Shown here piece by piece: positions 16,502-16,803 of a stretch of DNA of 16,803 bases. This stretch comes from Promethearchaeota archaeon (GTDB lineage: Archaea; Asgardarchaeota; Hermodarchaeia; Hermodarchaeales; Hermodarchaeaceae), in contig JBHLMG010000033.1 in NCBI GenBank assembly GCA_048938385.1, positions 1 to 16,803 of the forward strand. The letters run 5' to 3'. Every line of letters begins with the position of its first letter. Position 1 is the stretch's first letter. Both the position numbers and the translations under genes were made by a program. The notes under the pieces are model-generated. The model searched no databases. It saw only the letters and a program-made list of their open reading frames with translations, and was not told where the DNA came from.

Positions 16502-16769
16502 TCACCTTATCCAAAGCACACCAGAAGCAGAGAAAAGTGTTACCCTAGCACACCCTCGCGAGTGGCTCTCCCAGAGGTAGAATCACAACGGAGCCGACTT
16601 AAATCTTCTTTCCGCAACCCCTACATTCGTTCCATACCACAAAACGGAAGCATTATAAGGTGCCACAGTGTAACTTTTAGGCAGCGAGAAAGGTGACAGG
16701 AATTCGACCTCCTGTCTCCGGAGGTTACCCCGGGAACAAGCATACTTGGCTTCAACGAGGAAAAGCCGC
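16502..16769 (-). ncRNA. Candidate structured 5' leader (cis-regulatory RNA) of hflX-lysS
   Basis: At least six helices found by eye, with G-U pairs falling on the minus strand. TTTTAAAA at 16785-16792. No known family recognised. Confidence 0.4.
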
Positions 16770-16803
16770 AATGCAAGCCTAGAATTTTAAAACCTCGATA
16801 TCC

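Noticed and set aside
16680-16769. tRNA or tRNA-Sec (GGTCGAAT resembles a T-loop)
   Set aside because: Loop size and sequence deviate from TTCRANY, and there is no 7-bp acceptor stem, D-loop GG or anticodon arm at the right spacing.
16583-16771. 62-aa minus-strand ORF upstream of hflX
   Set aside because: TTG start, no SD, no protein-like motif; the region is better explained as structured RNA.
16510-16803. SRP RNA, RNase P RNA, lysine riboswitch or T-box (UGGCACC at 16665-16659, upstream of lysS)
   Set aside because: No SRP helix-8 CAGG/GNRA/AGCA. GAGGAAAAGCC on the plus strand only loosely resembles RNase P CR-I and lacks context. No L-box core. UGGNACC lacks flanking antiterminator helices and Stem I motifs, and T-boxes are not established in archaea.
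1-16803. CRISPR array, IS element, prophage or defence island
   Set aside because: No regularly spaced repeats and no transposase, integrase, nuclease or methyltransferase motifs were seen.

Overview
Gene-dense archaeal chromosomal window with no CRISPR array, rRNA, canonical tRNA, transposase or integrase that I can see. Class I LysRS, a COG3432-type wHTH, TATA-like boxes and apparently leaderless starts point to an archaeon; a TACK/Asgard-like affiliation is inference only. Genes left to right: partial thioredoxin-reductase-like flavoprotein (absent from the ORF track), wHTH regulator, DUF116, EamA/DMT transporter, S9 peptidase, DUF92/TMEM19 membrane protein, purine-type PRTase, prenyltransferase/squalene-cyclase-repeat protein, MTA phosphorylase, membrane-anchored wHTH plus a small membrane protein, short bacterial-type AlaRS, 2-TM/Zn-ribbon protein, Nudix hydrolase, coiled-coil/proline-rich protein, 90-aa orphan, class I LysRS and HflX. 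The main leads are: (1) the coiled-coil / polyproline / WH2- or VASP-like-helix protein, a candidate cytoskeletal regulator; (2) two minus-strand 5' leaders (hflX-lysS and DUF116) with mutually exclusive helices covering the SD or start codon, candidate archaeal RNA switches; (3) a bacterial-type AlaRS lacking C-Ala; (4) two compact four-way-junction folds in intergenic DNA. All RNA structures were folded by eye and have not been computed.
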